The notes under the pieces are model-generated. The model was not told where the DNA came from. It searched no databases and saw nothing but the letters and a program-made list of their open reading frames with translations. 64,000 nt of DNA from an uncultured Candidatus Saccharibacteria bacterium (GTDB taxonomy: Bacteria > Patescibacteriota > Minisyncoccia > Phycocordibacterales > DATDWN01): the NCBI GenBank assembly GCA_964469605.1, contig CAYXZA010000003.1:3721-67720 (forward strand), read 5' to 3'. Shown here piece after piece: positions 49,818 through 60,291 of the stretch. How positions within the stretch are numbered: position 1 is the stretch's first letter; every line of letters begins with the position of its first letter. Both the position numbers and the translations under genes were made by a program.

Positions 49818-50729
49818 ATGGCAAATAGGCACATTTCCAGATCAATAGTATTACAAACACTTTTTGAATGGGATTTTCGTTCTGTTTCCAAAGACGACTG
49901 TTTAGAGGTTTTAAATAGGAATATCAAAGAATTTGCTGATGAGAGCAGAGATTTTCCTTTTATGGAAAAATTGCTTTTTGGTGTTTTGGATAAACAAAAA
50001 GATCTTGATCTGATTATAGAGAAAGCTGCACCAGAATGGCCAATAGATAAAATAAGTTTAATTGATAGAAATATACTAAGACTAGGGCTTTATGAGCTTT
50101 TGTTCTCTGATAGAGATGAAGTTCCTGCAAAAGTTGCAATAAATGAAGCAATAGAGTTATCTAAAGTTTTTGGTAGTGACACATCAAGTAAATTTATAAA
50201 TGGTGTGCTGGGAGCTGTATATAAAGAAATAGGTGAACCAGGCAAAGATCAAGTAACAAAAGATCGTAAAAAAATTGATATAAATGAACCTATTAAAACA
50301 GAATATTTGGCAGGTGCTGTTGTTTATGCAAAAAACAATGATGATATTTATGTTGCTTTAGTTCATGATGTTTTTGGTAGATGGACATTGTCAAAGGGTC
50401 ATATAGAGGTTGATGTTGCAAATGTCACAGATGATATTATTTCTAATGAGTGTAAGAGAGTTATAAAAGAAGAATTGTCTTTAAATGTGTCTGTAAAAGA
50501 AAAATTAGGTAGCAATGAATATTCAACCTATCATCCAGAAAAAGGTAAGATAAAAAAGAATGTCACATATTTTTTGGTTGAATCTGATTTTGAAGAGATA
50601 AAACTTATAAACAGTGGTGGACTGGATGATGCGAGATGGTTCAGGTTAGGCGAGATACTTGACTTGAATTTTTATAATGATATATTGCCACTTATTACAA
50701 AAGCAGTAAATATACTTTTAGGTAAATAA
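49818..50729 (+). CDS. nusB: NusB fused to a C-terminal Nudix-like domain
   Basis: RHISR..LFEW, IDRNILRLG, VAINEAIELSK, FINGVL; then AGAVV..WTLSKGH..EE. Confidence 0.93.
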   Translation: MANRHISRSIVLQTLFEWDFRSVSKDDCLEVLNRNIKEFADESRDFPFMEKLLFGVLDKQKDLDLIIEKAAPEWPIDKISLIDRNILRLGLYELLFSDRDEVPAKVAINEAIELSKVFGSDTSSKFINGVLGAVYKEIGEPGKDQVTKDRKKIDINEPIKTEYLAGAVVYAKNNDDIYVALVHDVFGRWTLSKGHIEVDVANVTDDIISNECKRVIKEELSLNVSVKEKLGSNEYSTYHPEKGKIKKNVTYFLVESDFEEIKLINSGGLDDARWFRLGEILDLNFYNDILPLITKAVNILLGK

Positions 50730-50731
50730 AA

Positions 50732-51421
50732 ATGAATTTTAATGATTTTGAACAAAAAATAAATATTATTTTTAAAGATAAAGATCTTTTAAGACAAGCA
50801 TTTATACATAGGTCTTATCTAAATGAAAATAAAAATTTAAAAACTGATCATAATGAAAGATTGGAGTTTTTAGGTGATGCTATATTGGAACTTGTTATTA
50901 CAGATTATTTATTTCATAACTATCCGGATAAAAATGAGGGTATTTTGACATCTTATAGGTCAGCCCTTGTAAATGCAGATACTTGTGCATCTATTGCATC
51001 TGATTTGGGTGTAAATGAACTTCTGCTCTTGTCAAAAGGTGAGAGTAAAGATACAGGAAGAGCTAGACAATATATACTTGCAAATACACTAGAAGCTATA
51101 ATCGGGGCAATATATCTAGATCAAGGTTATGAAAAATCTAAATCTTTTATTGATGAAAATTTTATTCCACTTATAGATACAATAACAAAAGAGGGTTTAC
51201 ATATAGATGCTAAAAGTTTATTTCAAGAAAAAGCACAGGAGTTTTTAGGAATAACCCCTTTATATAAAACTATAAAAGAATCTGGCCCAGATCATGACAA
51301 AGTATTTACAGTGGCACTTTTTGTTGGTGATCAGGAAGTTTCAAATGGTTCTGGTAAATCAAAACAAGATGCTGAACAAGATGCTGCCAAAAATGCTCTT
51401 GTAAAAAACAATTGGAAATAA
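50732..51421 (+). CDS. rnc: Ribonuclease III
   Basis: NERLEFLGDA; dsRBD GPDHDK, GKSKQDAEQ. Confidence 0.97.
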   Translation: MNFNDFEQKINIIFKDKDLLRQAFIHRSYLNENKNLKTDHNERLEFLGDAILELVITDYLFHNYPDKNEGILTSYRSALVNADTCASIASDLGVNELLLLSKGESKDTGRARQYILANTLEAIIGAIYLDQGYEKSKSFIDENFIPLIDTITKEGLHIDAKSLFQEKAQEFLGITPLYKTIKESGPDHDKVFTVALFVGDQEVSNGSGKSKQDAEQDAAKNALVKNNWK

Positions 51422-51427
51422 TTTAAA

Positions 51428-51581
51428 TTTATTCGATAAATACCCCTCAGTTTTGCTGTGGGGATTGGTAAAATAGTGTTGGCGGTGGCCGACTCCTATA
51501 CGAATATAAGAGCCCTGGTTCGCCTCGCCAATACCTCGTCTGCTCTGCCAGCGAGGATCAGGCGAGGTGACTGCTTTTATT
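51428..51581. mobile_element. 154-bp MITE/REP-like element, copy 2
   Basis: Near-identical to 31165-31318. Confidence 0.9.
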
Positions 51582-52413
51582 TAGATTTTTTGTCTCTAAT
51601 ATTTGTATTTACTTTGAGCACAGATTCTAATAGCTCCGGTGTATAACCGTTTTCTTTTGAAGCTTTGACTATTGCATTTACATCTTTTGGAAGACATTTT
51701 CCTCCGAAACCTCTATTGTTTTCAAATACTGTGCTATGTGATCTACCCATTCTTCCATCTAAAAGCCAAAGTTCTCTAAGTTCATTGTAGTCAACTCCAA
51801 GATTTTCAGCTATATCAAAGAATTCATTACAAAAAGTAACTTTTGTTGCTAAAAATGCATTTTCCATATATTTGCATAATTCTGCTGTTGTGCTGTCTGT
51901 TTGGTAAAACCTGGGTTCAGGGCCATAAACTTTTTTAAAGAAAGTTAGTATTTCTTTTCTGGTTTCTTTTTCTCCACCTATTATTACAAAATCGTGTTTT
52001 TTCATATCTGTTGGGTCTGGGTATCCTTTCCAGAATGGTATTTCATATTTTCCTTCACCTATATACTCCGGACTAAAACATATATTTTTGCCAGTTTTTT
52101 TAATAAGCCTTTCTGTTGTTTTTGGTGGTATTGTGCTTTTTATAAGTATATTTTTAGCATCGATCCAAGAAACAACTTCTTCTACAAGTGAGGTGTCACA
52201 AGATCCATCGTCTTTCATTTGTGTTGGCACACAAACAACTGCCAAATCAGCTTTGCTTACTTTTTTCTTATCTTTGAATTCTTTATAGTATGGGTCATAA
52301 ACACAAACATCAAAATGGTCTTTAAAAAAGTTATAAACTGCTTTACCAACATAACCATAACCAATAATAGCTACTCTTTCTTTTATTTTTTCTTCTTTTT
52401 TGATCTTTTTCAT
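51577..52413 (-). CDS. UDP-glucose/GDP-mannose dehydrogenase family protein (short form)
   Basis: IIGYGYVG, CVPT, KSTIPP, SPE, GFGGKCLPKD; lacks the C-terminal domain. Confidence 0.9.
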   Translation of the reverse strand: MKKIKKEEKIKERVAIIGYGYVGKAVYNFFKDHFDVCVYDPYYKEFKDKKKVSKADLAVVCVPTQMKDDGSCDTSLVEEVVSWIDAKNILIKSTIPPKTTERLIKKTGKNICFSPEYIGEGKYEIPFWKGYPDPTDMKKHDFVIIGGEKETRKEILTFFKKVYGPEPRFYQTDSTTAELCKYMENAFLATKVTFCNEFFDIAENLGVDYNELRELWLLDGRMGRSHSTVFENNRGFGGKCLPKDVNAIVKASKENGYTPELLESVLKVNTNIRDKKSK

Positions 52414-52540
52414 TGTAATTAAATGCTAACTTTTAAACCCTCTTATTGTCAACATCCTTGCTCTAAATATTTTATGTTTTTAAGTGATAAGTATGGGGAT
52501 AGATAAAGAATAGATTTGTTTTTTTTGCTATAATTTTATT

Positions 52541-54775
52541 ATGTATTTGAAATCGCTGGAAATAAATGGCTTTAAATCATTTGCAAAAAAAAGTGAACTT
52601 TTTTTTAATTCTTCTATTTCTGCAATAGTTGGCCCAAATGGTTCAGGAAAAAGCAATGTAGCAGAATCTTTTAGATTTGTATTAGGAGAACAATCTTTAA
52701 AATCTCTTAGGGGTAAGAGGGGTGAGGATTTGATTTGGAATGGATCATCTGAAGTTCCCAGGTCAGGTAGAGCATCTGTAAAAATTATTTTAGATAATAA
52801 AAATAAATTTTTACCAATAGATTTTGAAGAGGTGTCGATTGAAAGGGTTGTTTATCGTGATGGTTTAAATGAATATATTTTAAATGGCTCAAAAGTTAGA
52901 CTAAAAGATGTTACTGAACTTTTGGCTTCTGCTGCAATCGGCTCTTCCTCCCATCACATAATCTCACAAGGAGAAGCTGACAGGATACTTTCTGCAAGTA
53001 GTAGAGAGAGAAGAGAAATGATAGAAGAAGCTCTTGGTTTGAGAGTTTATCAATACAAAAAAATAGAAAGTCAAAAGAAACTTTTAAAAACAGAGGAAAA
53101 TATAAAAGAAATATCATCTCTTAGGAGAGAATTATCTCCTCATTTAAAATTTTTGAAAAAACAAGTTGAGAAAATAGAAAAAGCAGAGGTTTTAAGAAAT
53201 GAATTAAAAGAAAAAGCCAAAGTTTATTTGAATCTGGAGTATAAATACATAGAAGATTTAAAAACACATATTTCAAATGATAAAATTGAAAATGATAAAA
53301 AACTAAAAGAAATAGATGGAAATATAGAAGAATGTAGGTTTAAATTGGAAAATAAAAAAGATCAGGGTGGACTGAATTCTATGGTTTTAAAAATAGAAGA
53401 AAAGCTGAAAGATATTAGAGGTAGAAAAGAAGATCTGACAAGGAGAATTGGACTTTTAGAGGGTAGTATAGAAGCTACTTTGAAAATGGTTAGAAGAGAA
53501 GAGGAATTGCTGAGTCAAAAGGATTTGAAAACAGTTGAACTGCAATCCGTCAAAAGTTTATACAGAGAGATAGATAAACAAATAAAAAATATTGAGTCTA
53601 TTTCAGATATTGTTAAAATAAAAGAAATTATTTCATCTATAAGATCTCTTATTTCTGCATTTATAGAAATGCACGAAGATAGGGTTGATACTAAAAATTT
53701 GATAGATGCAAAAATGGAGATTGAAAAATTTTCTTCCGAAAAAGAAAATCTTTTAAAAGATAAAAAAAGTATTGATATTGAAGAAGAAAATTTTACAGTT
53801 GAATACAATAATCTATATAGGCAAATAGAATCAGAAAAAGATACAAATAGAGATGCTGAAAAAGAATTGTTTAGATATATGGCTATAAAACAAAATCTGT
53901 TAAGTGTAGATTCTGAAATATCAAACAAAGAAAATTTGTTGAAAAACAGAGAGGAATTGTTTAAAAATGATAGCAGAGAACTTGTTTTGATATTGGGACA
54001 GGATCTTTTGGGTTTTGAAAAAGATGTTTACAACATAGATCCTTATGATTTTGAAAAAGAAAAAAGAGAAATTGAAAAGGTAAAAATCCGTTTGGAAGAA
54101 GCTGGTGTCTTAGGTGGTGCCGATATATTAAAAGAATACAATGATACTGAAAATAGGGATAAGTTTTTGGAAAAAGAAATTACTGATCTTGAGGTTTCGG
54201 CAAAATCTCTGAAAGATTTAATAGTTGATCTGGACAGTAAGCTTGATGAAGAATTTGCATCTGGGGTTTCTAAAATCAATCATCAATTTAAAGAATTTTT
54301 CTCCCTTATGTTTGGTGGTGGGGAAGCTTCACTTGATGTTATTTCAAAAAATATCCAAGAAGAAGAGGTTTTAGATGGCGAAGATGGTGATATTTCTCCT
54401 GTTTTGGATAAAGAAAAAAATATCGGCATAGATATAAATGTCTCACTTCCAAGAAAAAAGATCAAAGGACTCTTAGCTTTATCTGGTGGTGAAAGAGCTT
54501 TAACTTCTATAGCATTACTTTTTGCTATCTCTCAGGTCAATCCTCCACCATTTATTATTTTAGATGAAACAGATGCTGCACTAGATGAGGCTAATTCTAA
54601 AAAATATGGAGATATGATAGAGAAACTTTCAAAATATTCTCAACTTATTGTTATAACCCACAACAGAGAGACAATGTCCAGAGCAGGTGTTTTGTATGGT
54701 ATCACTATGGGTCAAGGCGGAGTCTCTAAGTTACTATCCGTTGCTTTTGAAGAAGCTGTTGTTGTAGCAAAATAA
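52541..54775 (+). CDS. smc: SMC-family ATPase, short
   Basis: GFKSFA, GPNGSGKSN, ISQG, LSGGE, LDETDAALD, ITHN. Confidence 0.9.
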   Translation: MYLKSLEINGFKSFAKKSELFFNSSISAIVGPNGSGKSNVAESFRFVLGEQSLKSLRGKRGEDLIWNGSSEVPRSGRASVKIILDNKNKFLPIDFEEVSIERVVYRDGLNEYILNGSKVRLKDVTELLASAAIGSSSHHIISQGEADRILSASSRERREMIEEALGLRVYQYKKIESQKKLLKTEENIKEISSLRRELSPHLKFLKKQVEKIEKAEVLRNELKEKAKVYLNLEYKYIEDLKTHISNDKIENDKKLKEIDGNIEECRFKLENKKDQGGLNSMVLKIEEKLKDIRGRKEDLTRRIGLLEGSIEATLKMVRREEELLSQKDLKTVELQSVKSLYREIDKQIKNIESISDIVKIKEIISSIRSLISAFIEMHEDRVDTKNLIDAKMEIEKFSSEKENLLKDKKSIDIEEENFTVEYNNLYRQIESEKDTNRDAEKELFRYMAIKQNLLSVDSEISNKENLLKNREELFKNDSRELVLILGQDLLGFEKDVYNIDPYDFEKEKREIEKVKIRLEEAGVLGGADILKEYNDTENRDKFLEKEITDLEVSAKSLKDLIVDLDSKLDEEFASGVSKINHQFKEFFSLMFGGGEASLDVISKNIQEEEVLDGEDGDISPVLDKEKNIGIDINVSLPRKKIKGLLALSGGERALTSIALLFAISQVNPPPFIILDETDAALDEANSKKYGDMIEKLSKYSQLIVITHNRETMSRAGVLYGITMGQGGVSKLLSVAFEEAVVVAK

Positions 54776-54818
54776 CATATTGACTTTTACCATTTTATGT
54801 TATAGTCTATTGTTTAGA

Positions 54819-55340
54819 ATGAGAAAAGATATGTTAGCATTACATTGCTCGTTTTTTATTCGTGATTTCAAAGAATATCTAAGATTAAAATATCCAGTCA
54901 CAATGTTTTTTGTTGATAATTTTTTGTGTTTGTTGATAATTTCTTTGTTAGCTTTATTTATACCCGCATTATCAAAAATTGCAATTATCTTTGCTTTGTT
55001 TTTGGTTTCATTTTTTTCTTGTAATTGGTATTTTTTCCCTGTTTTTATTCAAACTTCTATTATTCCTCATTATCTAAAAGTTGATAATAATGAAGAAAGA
55101 TCCGAAATAATTGAAATTCTAGATGCAGAATCTTTGACTGTACTAGATGTTAATAGAGATGAGTTAATGGACAGAAAAATAGAAATTTATGTAGTTTACT
55201 TTGTTTTTGATAAAAAACATTATAAACATTATCCTGATTTACAAACTTTTCCCAAGAATCATTTTCATTCAAAATATGTAAATTTGATTGCTGTGGGAAA
55301 TTTAGAAAAAAAAAGCAAACCTGTTTATATTCAAATATAA
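54819..55340 (+). CDS. Hypothetical membrane protein (paralog A)
   Basis: Two TM helices; similar to the next ORF (YLR.K.P.TM..DN). Confidence 0.7.
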   Translation: MRKDMLALHCSFFIRDFKEYLRLKYPVTMFFVDNFLCLLIISLLALFIPALSKIAIIFALFLVSFFSCNWYFFPVFIQTSIIPHYLKVDNNEERSEIIEILDAESLTVLDVNRDELMDRKIEIYVVYFVFDKKHYKHYPDLQTFPKNHFHSKYVNLIAVGNLEKKSKPVYIQI

Positions 55341-55407
55341 TTGCCCCAAGGGCATTTTTTTTACAAATTTGACTTTTGTTGGTTTATTTTATATCCTCAT
55401 GTTTAGA

Positions 55408-55938
55408 ATGAATAAAGAAATCTTTGACTTACATAAGTCATATTTCTTAGGTGATATTATTAATTATTTGAGAGTCAAGCATCCTATTACAATGTCTTTG
55501 ATTGATAATATTTTTTCTTTAGTAATATCATTTGGTATTTTTAGTGTATATCTTTTTTATGTACTAAGAGGTGGTTCATCTCCAGTGGTTGTTATTTTTT
55601 CGGTTCTATTGTGGGTTTTATATTTATTTTCAATTATGATTTTAGTTTTACATGATTTTGAGATTATAAATATATTAAATAGTATAGTATATAAACTCAC
55701 TTTTATTAATGATGATATTCAAATTCAAACAATAATTGAATTGTTAGATCATCAAGACTTGATTTTTTTGAAGGTTGATCAAAAAGCTAATCAAATAAAA
55801 TTTCTTGATTTTTATAGAGTTGATTTTTATACAAAGCTAGGATATTTTCCTTCTCATCATTGTAAATGCAGAAATTTGTCTTTGGTATGTATTTCAAGTA
55901 AAGAAAAGTTTTTGTACAAACAAGTCAAGTTGCCTTAA
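55408..55938 (+). CDS. Hypothetical membrane protein (paralog B)
   Basis: Two TM helices; paralog of the previous ORF; start could also be 55399. Confidence 0.7.
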   Translation: MNKEIFDLHKSYFLGDIINYLRVKHPITMSLIDNIFSLVISFGIFSVYLFYVLRGGSSPVVVIFSVLLWVLYLFSIMILVLHDFEIINILNSIVYKLTFINDDIQIQTIIELLDHQDLIFLKVDQKANQIKFLDFYRVDFYTKLGYFPSHHCKCRNLSLVCISSKEKFLYKQVKLP

Positions 55939-55963
55939 TAGGCGACTTTTTTGTTTTACAAAC

Positions 55964-57934
55964 TTATATTATCTGATAATCCAAAGTTTTCTTTTCCAGA
56001 TCTGCTGAAATGATTTTAAATTTGACCATATCTCCCAGTGTAAATTTTTTGCCAGTTTTTTGACCTATAACCGAATATGTTTTTGGGTTGAATTCAAAGA
56101 AATCATTGAACACATTTCCAACATCTCTCATCTTCATCATACCTTCACATTTTGTTTCTTTTTCTTCTATATATATGCCCCAATCTATAACACCGGTTAT
56201 TTTTCCTTCAAATATTTTTCCTATCTTGTCTTGCATATATTCAACTTGTTTGTATTTTATACTACCTCTTTCTGCATCGGCAGCTTTTTTTTCTTGTTCA
56301 GAACAAGTTATACATAATTTTTCAAATATACTAAATTCATCTTCTGCAATTTTTCCAGATTTTATTTCTCTTTCTAAAAGTCTATGAACTAACAGATCAG
56401 GATACCTTCTGATAGGGGAGGTAAAATGTGTGTAAAAATCAAATCCTAATCCAAAGTGTCCAATATTTTTTGTTGAATAAATGGCTTTTGCCATTGACCT
56501 TATTGTTGCTGTTTTTATAAGCTCTTCGTTTGGTGAACCTTCTATTTTTGAAAGAAGACTACTTATGTCTTTTGCTTTAACTTCTCCGTTGCTATGTTTT
56601 AGGTCATAACCTAGTGCTTTTAGAAAAGTTCCGAGTTCAAGTATTCTGTCCTTATCTGGTGTTTCGTGTATTCTGTAAACTGATTGAGGTTTAAAACTTC
56701 CTAGATTTTTTGCTTGTTTGTCATAAATAAATTTTGCAACTTCTTTGTTTGCAAGAAGCATAAACTCCTCGATCATTTTATGAGTGTCACCACGGATTTT
56801 TCTGTATATTCGTATTGGTTTACCGTTTTTATCCAATTCAAACTTTACCTCTTCTGTTTCAAAATTTATTGCTCCATTTTCAAACTTTTCTTTCTCTAAA
56901 ACTTTTCCAATTTTTCTTAAAGTGTCTAGTTCTTTTATGTAAAGTCCATCTCCTTTGTCTAGTATTTCTTGTGCCTCCTCATAAGTAAATCTTTTATTTG
57001 AATGTATAATAGTTTTTCCAAACCATCTGTCTTTTATGTTTGCATTTTCATCTATTTTGAAAACTGCTGAAAAAGTATATTTGTCCTCGTTTGGATTTAG
57101 AGAACAAAGATCATTTGATAATACTTCTGGTAACATCGGTATTGTTCTGTCTACAAGATAAACAGACAAAGCTCTTTTAACAGCTTCTTTGTCTAGTGCT
57201 GTTTTTTCTCTAACAAAATGACTAACATCGGCTATGTGTATTCCAATCTCGTATAGTCCATCACCCAACTCTTTCAAAGACAGAGCATCATCAAAATCTT
57301 TTGCATCTTTTGGGTCAATAGTAAAAGTTATAACATCCCTCATATCCCTCCTTTGATTAAATTCCTTTTCTTTTTCTTCTGCTGTCTCTGATATTTTTTT
57401 TATTTCCTCTGCTTCTCTTAAAACTTCTTTTGGAAATTCATCTTCAAAACCATTTTCAAATAAAATAGCTTTCATCTCTGTTTCGTGAATTCCTTTTTTA
57501 CCTATAACTTTTACAATCCTTGCTTCTGGGTTTTTAAAACCATCTCTCCAATTTACAAATTCAACTAAAACTTTAGTATTGTTTTCAATGTTTTTTAAAC
57601 TTTCATCTGGTTTGATAAAAAAATCAAGATAAACTCTGCTATCATCTGCTTTAACAAATGTAAAATTATTTGTTTTTATAACTGTGCCAACATAAGAAGT
57701 TTTATTTCTCTCTAAAACCTTTAAAACTTCTCCTTGAACTCTACCGTAAAAAAGCTCTGGTCTTTTTGAGACCTCAACAAAATCTCCGGGAAGTGCCTTG
57801 TTTAGATATTCTGTTTGGATTTCTATCGTATCCTCTGGATTTTCTTCTGACCTAAAATATCCAATGCCTTTGCTTGAAATAGATATATTTCCTAGGAGTT
57901 TACCTTTTTCTGTGTTTGTATTTTCATTTTTCAT
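55964..57934 (-). CDS. rnr: Ribonuclease R
   Basis: TIDPKDAKDFDDA, HIADVS, HFTSPIRRYPDL, S1 domain. Confidence 0.95.
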   Translation of the reverse strand: MKNENTNTEKGKLLGNISISSKGIGYFRSEENPEDTIEIQTEYLNKALPGDFVEVSKRPELFYGRVQGEVLKVLERNKTSYVGTVIKTNNFTFVKADDSRVYLDFFIKPDESLKNIENNTKVLVEFVNWRDGFKNPEARIVKVIGKKGIHETEMKAILFENGFEDEFPKEVLREAEEIKKISETAEEKEKEFNQRRDMRDVITFTIDPKDAKDFDDALSLKELGDGLYEIGIHIADVSHFVREKTALDKEAVKRALSVYLVDRTIPMLPEVLSNDLCSLNPNEDKYTFSAVFKIDENANIKDRWFGKTIIHSNKRFTYEEAQEILDKGDGLYIKELDTLRKIGKVLEKEKFENGAINFETEEVKFELDKNGKPIRIYRKIRGDTHKMIEEFMLLANKEVAKFIYDKQAKNLGSFKPQSVYRIHETPDKDRILELGTFLKALGYDLKHSNGEVKAKDISSLLSKIEGSPNEELIKTATIRSMAKAIYSTKNIGHFGLGFDFYTHFTSPIRRYPDLLVHRLLEREIKSGKIAEDEFSIFEKLCITCSEQEKKAADAERGSIKYKQVEYMQDKIGKIFEGKITGVIDWGIYIEEKETKCEGMMKMRDVGNVFNDFFEFNPKTYSVIGQKTGKKFTLGDMVKFKIISADLEKKTLDYQII

Positions 57935-57978
57935 ATAAACCACTATATCAAATATTTAACTTTTGGTATAATCTGTAA

Positions 57979-59130
57979 ATGAAAAATAAATTAGAGATAT
58001 TAGATAATAATGAAGAATTATTGGAAGAAATATTAAGAACAGCTCCTGTAATAGGTTCTGGTAAAGACGGTATTGTATTAAGAATAGATGCAGATCGTGT
58101 TTGTAGGATGAATATCGCTGATTCAGAAGTAGCTGCTAAGATATTAAAAGTTTATAATCCAGATAAAGCTAATAAAGAATACACTTTTCTTAGTAGAGCT
58201 TATGAATTAGTTAAAGATAATCATCAAGGTTATGCAAAAATTGTTAGACCTATATATATTAAAAAACAACATTTAAGTGAAGAGGATAGATTATATTTAA
58301 ATAGATCTGGTACATTTTTAGGAAATGATGCTGATATAATATTGATGGATTTTATTCAAGGAAAAGACATTACAAATTACATATATGATTTTGTTTTAAA
58401 AAATTTAGGATTAGATTATATGATAGATGCATCTTTAGAGGATAAATTTAATGTAGTGGCTAACCAATTAAATTTTGAATTTTCGTCTTCGGATGGTAAA
58501 GATGATTTTGCTGATATTATAGCTCAGAGAGACAATACAAAAAAATTAATTGCATTTTTACATAAAAATAGATTCTCCTTACCAGAAGGTACTATAGAAA
58601 AAATAAGAAATACTGTTAAATTAATAAATGAAAATGGTATATTTCATAATGATTTAAGTGAAAGAAATATAATATTAGGAGATGATGGAGAGGTTTATAT
58701 AATAGATTTTGGAAGTTCAGTTAATGAGAAAGAAGATGTTCTCATTGATGATATGTCTATAGTTAATAGATTGACTGAAATGGTAAATTTTAATAAATTA
58801 CAACTGGATAGGGATATACAAAAAAATAATTTAATTAAAACTTGGGAAAAATATTGTTCAACAAAAGAAAAACATGATAAAAGAGTTGTTTCATTTGTAG
58901 ATAAAGATAATTTTATCTCGTTAAAAAACCTATTACAAGCATCAGTTAGTGATGAAGGTTCGTTAAATAAAATGCTTGGTACAATTATTTATATTATAAA
59001 AAAATCTGAAAAAAAAGATTATCATTTAAATAAAATCACTGAAATTATTAAACAAATTATTTTAGAAACAAAGTTTGAATATGGTAAAAAGATCCTTTCT
59101 AATTTTTTGGATTATTTGCAAAAAATATAA
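57979..59130 (+). CDS. Protein kinase-like protein
   Basis: IGSGKDGIV, AAKILK, HNDLSERNII, IIDFG. Confidence 0.85.
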   Translation: MKNKLEILDNNEELLEEILRTAPVIGSGKDGIVLRIDADRVCRMNIADSEVAAKILKVYNPDKANKEYTFLSRAYELVKDNHQGYAKIVRPIYIKKQHLSEEDRLYLNRSGTFLGNDADIILMDFIQGKDITNYIYDFVLKNLGLDYMIDASLEDKFNVVANQLNFEFSSSDGKDDFADIIAQRDNTKKLIAFLHKNRFSLPEGTIEKIRNTVKLINENGIFHNDLSERNIILGDDGEVYIIDFGSSVNEKEDVLIDDMSIVNRLTEMVNFNKLQLDRDIQKNNLIKTWEKYCSTKEKHDKRVVSFVDKDNFISLKNLLQASVSDEGSLNKMLGTIIYIIKKSEKKDYHLNKITEIIKQIILETKFEYGKKILSNFLDYLQKI

Positions 59131-59137
59131 AAATACT

Positions 59138-60178
59138 ATGTCACAAGTCCTATATCGTAAATATCGTCCGCAAAGTTTTGATGAGGTTTTAGGTCAAGAT
59201 AATATAGTCAAGACTTTAAAATCTCAAATAAAACTCAAAACTATTTCTCATGCTTATCTTTTTGTTGGCTCTCGTGGAACAGGCAAGACATCTATTGCTA
59301 GGATATTTGCAAAAGAGCTCGGTGTTGGCCCAGATGATATATATGAAATAGACTCGGCGTCAAACAATAGTGTTGAAAATATAAGAGAGATTATTGACTC
59401 GACATCTACACTTCCTTTTAACTCTCCATTTAAAGTCTATATACTAGACGAAGTTCATATGCTTTCAAAATCGGCATCAAACGCCCTTTTAAAGACCCTA
59501 GAAGAGCCACCAAGCCATGTTATTTTTATACTGGCTACTACAGAGCAACATAAAGTTTTTGACACTATTGCATCTAGGACAGAGATACATACATTTAAAA
59601 AACCAACCGTTCAGATTTTGAAGCAAGCTGTTTTAAATGTTTGTAAACAAGAAGGTTTTGAGATTGACTCTCAAACTGCTGAAATGCTCTCCTTGTTAGG
59701 TGATGGTTCTTTTAGAGACACTTTGGGAAATGTTCAAAAATTGATATCAGTCTCAAAAGATAAAAAACTTTCTTATGATGAAGCGGTTATTATTACAGGT
59801 GCTCCAAAAATTGAGATTATAAATAATTTTATTTCAAATTTTCTATCAGGTGATGTTTCAAAAACACTTTCGGTTATTTCAGATGCAAAAAACTCTGGAA
59901 CAGAAGCTCTGCTTTTTTGCAGAATGGTTATAGACAAGATCAGAATGCTTATGTTGATAAAATTTGGACAACAAGCTCTAGTCAAAGATCTGATTTCAGA
60001 AAATGATTTAGAATTTTTGACTTCATTAAAGGAAGATAAAAACATTAAAGTTGATTCAAAAAAGCTAGACAGACTGCTTTCTGTGTATTTGGATATCTCA
60101 AAATCTTTCATACCATTTTTGCCGTTGGAACTGGCGGTGGTGGAGATGATAGGGGAGAAAAAAGATGAAGATAGATAA
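59138..60178 (+). CDS. dnaX: DNA polymerase III gamma/tau subunit (short)
   Basis: LYRKYRPQSF, GSRGTGKTS, DEVHMLS, LLKTLEEPP. Confidence 0.96.
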   Translation: MSQVLYRKYRPQSFDEVLGQDNIVKTLKSQIKLKTISHAYLFVGSRGTGKTSIARIFAKELGVGPDDIYEIDSASNNSVENIREIIDSTSTLPFNSPFKVYILDEVHMLSKSASNALLKTLEEPPSHVIFILATTEQHKVFDTIASRTEIHTFKKPTVQILKQAVLNVCKQEGFEIDSQTAEMLSLLGDGSFRDTLGNVQKLISVSKDKKLSYDEAVIITGAPKIEIINNFISNFLSGDVSKTLSVISDAKNSGTEALLFCRMVIDKIRMLMLIKFGQQALVKDLISENDLEFLTSLKEDKNIKVDSKKLDRLLSVYLDISKSFIPFLPLELAVVEMIGEKKDEDR

Positions 60179-60220
60179 AGTTAGTAAATTTTAAATAAAT
60201 TTGGTATAGTGTATCTAAAT

Positions 60221-60291
60221 TGGGAGATCGTCTAATGGTAGGACACAAGGTTTTGGTCCTTGGTATCGGGGTTCGAGTCCCTGTCTCCCAG
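60221..60291 (+). tRNA. tRNA-Gln(TTG)
   Basis: TGGGAGA/TCTCCCA; CAAGG-TTTTGGT-CCTTG. Confidence 0.97.
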
